A DNA stretch of 64,000 bases, taken from positions 26,953 through 90,952 of the forward strand of contig JBBECS010000054.1 of assembly GCA_040881685.1 (NCBI GenBank), given 5' to 3'. This DNA is from Acidimicrobiia bacterium (GTDB taxonomy: Bacteria > Actinomycetota > Acidimicrobiia > IMCC26256 > PALSA-555). This document shows positions 62,469 through 64,000 of the stretch, piece by piece. Below the pieces are notes generated by a model. It was given only the letters and a program-made list of their open reading frames with translations, was not told where the DNA came from and ran no database searches. Position numbers and translations under genes: made by a program. Positions within the stretch are counted from its first letter, which is position 1; each line of letters starts with the position of its first letter.

Positions 62469-63631
62469 GAGCCGATCTTCAGCTCGGGGTGTGCGCGTCG
62501 ACGCGGCTTGATCTCCGTGTCGACGATCTCGGCGATCGCACGGAACACTACGGCGGCCTCGTCGTCGGGGTGCGCGACCACGATCGGCCGACCCTCGTCT
62601 CCACCCTCTCGCAGCGCGGGCACGAGCGGGATCTGCCCGAGCAGCGGAACCCCGATCTGCGCAGCAAGGTCGCCACCGCCACCGGCGCCGAAGATCTCGT
62701 ACGTCTTGCTGTCGTCGGCACGGAACCATGACATGTTCTCGATCACGCCGATCACGTCGAGCTCTACCTTCTCGGCCATCGCGGCCGCACGCTGTGCAAC
62801 CTTCTGCGCGGCGGGTTGCGGTGTCGTCACGACGATTACTTCGGCGCGAGGCAAGAACTGTGCGATCGACAGTGAGATGTCACCGGTGCCGGGCGGGAGG
62901 TCCACGACCAGGTAGTCGGGCCGACCCCAGTGCACATCGGTGAGGAACTGCTCGAGTGCCTTGTGGAGCATCGGTCCGCGCCAGATGACGGCCTGATCCT
63001 CAGCGGTGAAGAAGCCCATCGAGATCACACGGACACCGTGGGCTTCGGGAGGAACCAGGACGTCGTCGATGATCGCGGGCGGCTCGGCGACACCGAGCAT
63101 GCGTGGGAGGGAGAAACCCCACACGTCGGCGTCGACCACCGCCACATCCCGTCCGCGTTCGGCCAACGCGATCGACAGGTTGGTGGTCACCGAAGACTTC
63201 CCGACTCCACCCTTGCCAGACGCGATCGCGAGCACACGTGTGCGCGCATCGGTGAAGGGGTTCACCCGTGCTCGACTGCCGGGCTTCTGCGCAGCCGCGG
63301 CGTCGACGACCGCCAGCGGGTCGGGCGGCGCCTCGCCCTTGAGGACCCGAGCCGCTGCCACCTTCTCGTCGTCGGTCATCTCGCGCACGTCCACGTCGAC
63401 GCGCTCGATGCCGGGAAGGGCCCCCACGGCGACCTCGACCCGCCGGACGAGCTCATTCCATACCGGGGAGCTCGGCAACGGCTCGGCGAGAGCGACCACG
63501 GCGGTGGAGCCGTCGACGGCGACGCCTTGCACGATGCCCAGCTCGCCGATCGGGTGATGCAACCTGGGCTCGTCGAGGTCGGCGATCGCAGCACGGACTG
63601 CGGCCTCCGCCACGGGCTCGTGCCTGGGCAT
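62465..63631 (-). CDS. mrp: Mrp/ApbC/NBP35-family Fe-S cluster carrier ATPase with N-terminal DUF59/MIP18 domain
   Basis: VLAIASGKGGVGKSSVTTNLSIALA, VVDADVWGFSLPRMLG, DYLVVDLPPGTGD. Start is ATG 63631 (MPRHEP). Confidence 0.85.
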   Translation of the reverse strand: MPRHEPVAEAAVRAAIADLDEPRLHHPIGELGIVQGVAVDGSTAVVALAEPLPSSPVWNELVRRVEVAVGALPGIERVDVDVREMTDDEKVAAARVLKGEAPPDPLAVVDAAAAQKPGSRARVNPFTDARTRVLAIASGKGGVGKSSVTTNLSIALAERGRDVAVVDADVWGFSLPRMLGVAEPPAIIDDVLVPPEAHGVRVISMGFFTAEDQAVIWRGPMLHKALEQFLTDVHWGRPDYLVVDLPPGTGDISLSIAQFLPRAEVIVVTTPQPAAQKVAQRAAAMAEKVELDVIGVIENMSWFRADDSKTYEIFGAGGGGDLAAQIGVPLLGQIPLVPALREGGDEGRPIVVAHPDDEAAVVFRAIAEIVDTEIKPRRRAHPELKIGS

Positions 63632-63689
63632 TGGGCAGCCTTCCGGGAGGGCGGGATTTTCCACTACGGGCGTAGGTAGAATACCGCCC

Positions 63690-64000
63690 GTGGCTCCTGA
63701 GCCCGCCCTTCAAGAGACGCCCGAGCGTGAGCTGTCCCCGGAAGAGTTCACCGCGGCTGTCGCCGCCGTCACCAACGCCTTCGGCGATCCCACACGACGC
63801 GAGATCTTCCTCTTCGTGTGGGCTGCCGCTGACGGGGTCACCGCGAACGAGGTCGCGGAGCACTTCGCGCTGCACCCCAACGTGGCCCGCCACCACCTCG
63901 AGAAGCTCACGAGCGGCGGCTACGTCACGGTCGCAGCCGCACGTGCCGAGGGAACGCGACCGGCAGGGCGGCCCTCGAAGCGTTACTGCGCCACCGACCT
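63690..64000 (+). CDS. ArsR-type winged-helix transcriptional regulator, 5' part (runs off the window)
   Basis: From GTG 63690: VAPEPALQETPERELSPEEFTAAVAAVTNAFGDPTRREIFLFVWAAADGVTANEVAEHFALHPNVARHHLEKLTSGGYV...GRPSKRY. The DPTRR...(HTH)...NV.RHHL pattern indicates ArsR/SmtB-like wHTH. TAGAAT (63677-82) lies 7 nt upstream, so the gene is probably leaderless. It is absent from the ORF track because no stop falls in the window. Confidence 0.6.
   Translation, partial: MAPEPALQETPERELSPEEFTAAVAAVTNAFGDPTRREIFLFVWAAADGVTANEVAEHFALHPNVARHHLEKLTSGGYVTVAAARAEGTRPAGRPSKRYCATD

Noticed and set aside
1-64000. rRNA, tRNA, tmRNA, riboswitches and CRISPR arrays.
   Set aside because: None was recognised on either strand by eye. 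A covariance-model scan (Infernal/Rfam, tRNAscan-SE) would be needed to exclude small RNAs, especially in the larger intergenic regions at 29275-29574, 34404-34841 and 41860-42170.

Overview
The window is high-GC DNA (roughly 70-75% G+C on lines I counted by hand) from an Actinomycetota-type genome. Supporting markers are a WhiB regulator, PdtaS, a Kgd-type 2-oxoglutarate dehydrogenase, the proteasome activator Bpa, and several apparently leaderless genes. It has two parts. (1) Positions 1 to ~41.9 kb form one dense accessory glycan-assembly region. It holds 8 glycosyltransferases (GT2, GT4, a GtrB/ArnC-like GT2, a GT-C), a PglC/WbaP-type priming transferase and DegT/WecE aminotransferases (one partial, one complete, one decayed). 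It also holds two WbqC-like genes, each overlapping an N-acyltransferase gene, plus methyltransferases, two ATP-grasp ligases, two HAD proteins, a PHP esterase, a PhyH dioxygenase and an N,N-dimethylformamidase-like protein. There are two beta-propeller paralogues and a ~16-kb single-strand operon. That operon starts with a DltC-like carrier protein and an adenylating ligase, followed by AsnB, a NadE-like gene, a GNAT, and three tandem mosaic CelD/FemAB-like GNAT-fold paralogues. A ~1.4-kb AT-rich island (WbqC-like + formyltransferase) looks recently acquired. A GGDEF cyclase module is transcribed divergently from the big operon. (2) From 42.1 kb to the end are conserved housekeeping genes: aldehyde dehydrogenase, SDR, bpa, class II DAHP synthase, kgd, MFS, DapA-family, TauE, UdgB, a DAG-kinase-family protein, GDPD, whiB1-like, pdtaS, an ArsA-like pair, DUF3107, mrp and an ArsR-type regulator. 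I saw no rRNA, tRNA, CRISPR array, transposase or integrase. All family calls come from motifs recognised by eye, with no database search. Many starts are inferred from 4-nt stop/start overlaps and Shine-Dalgarno (SD) spacing.
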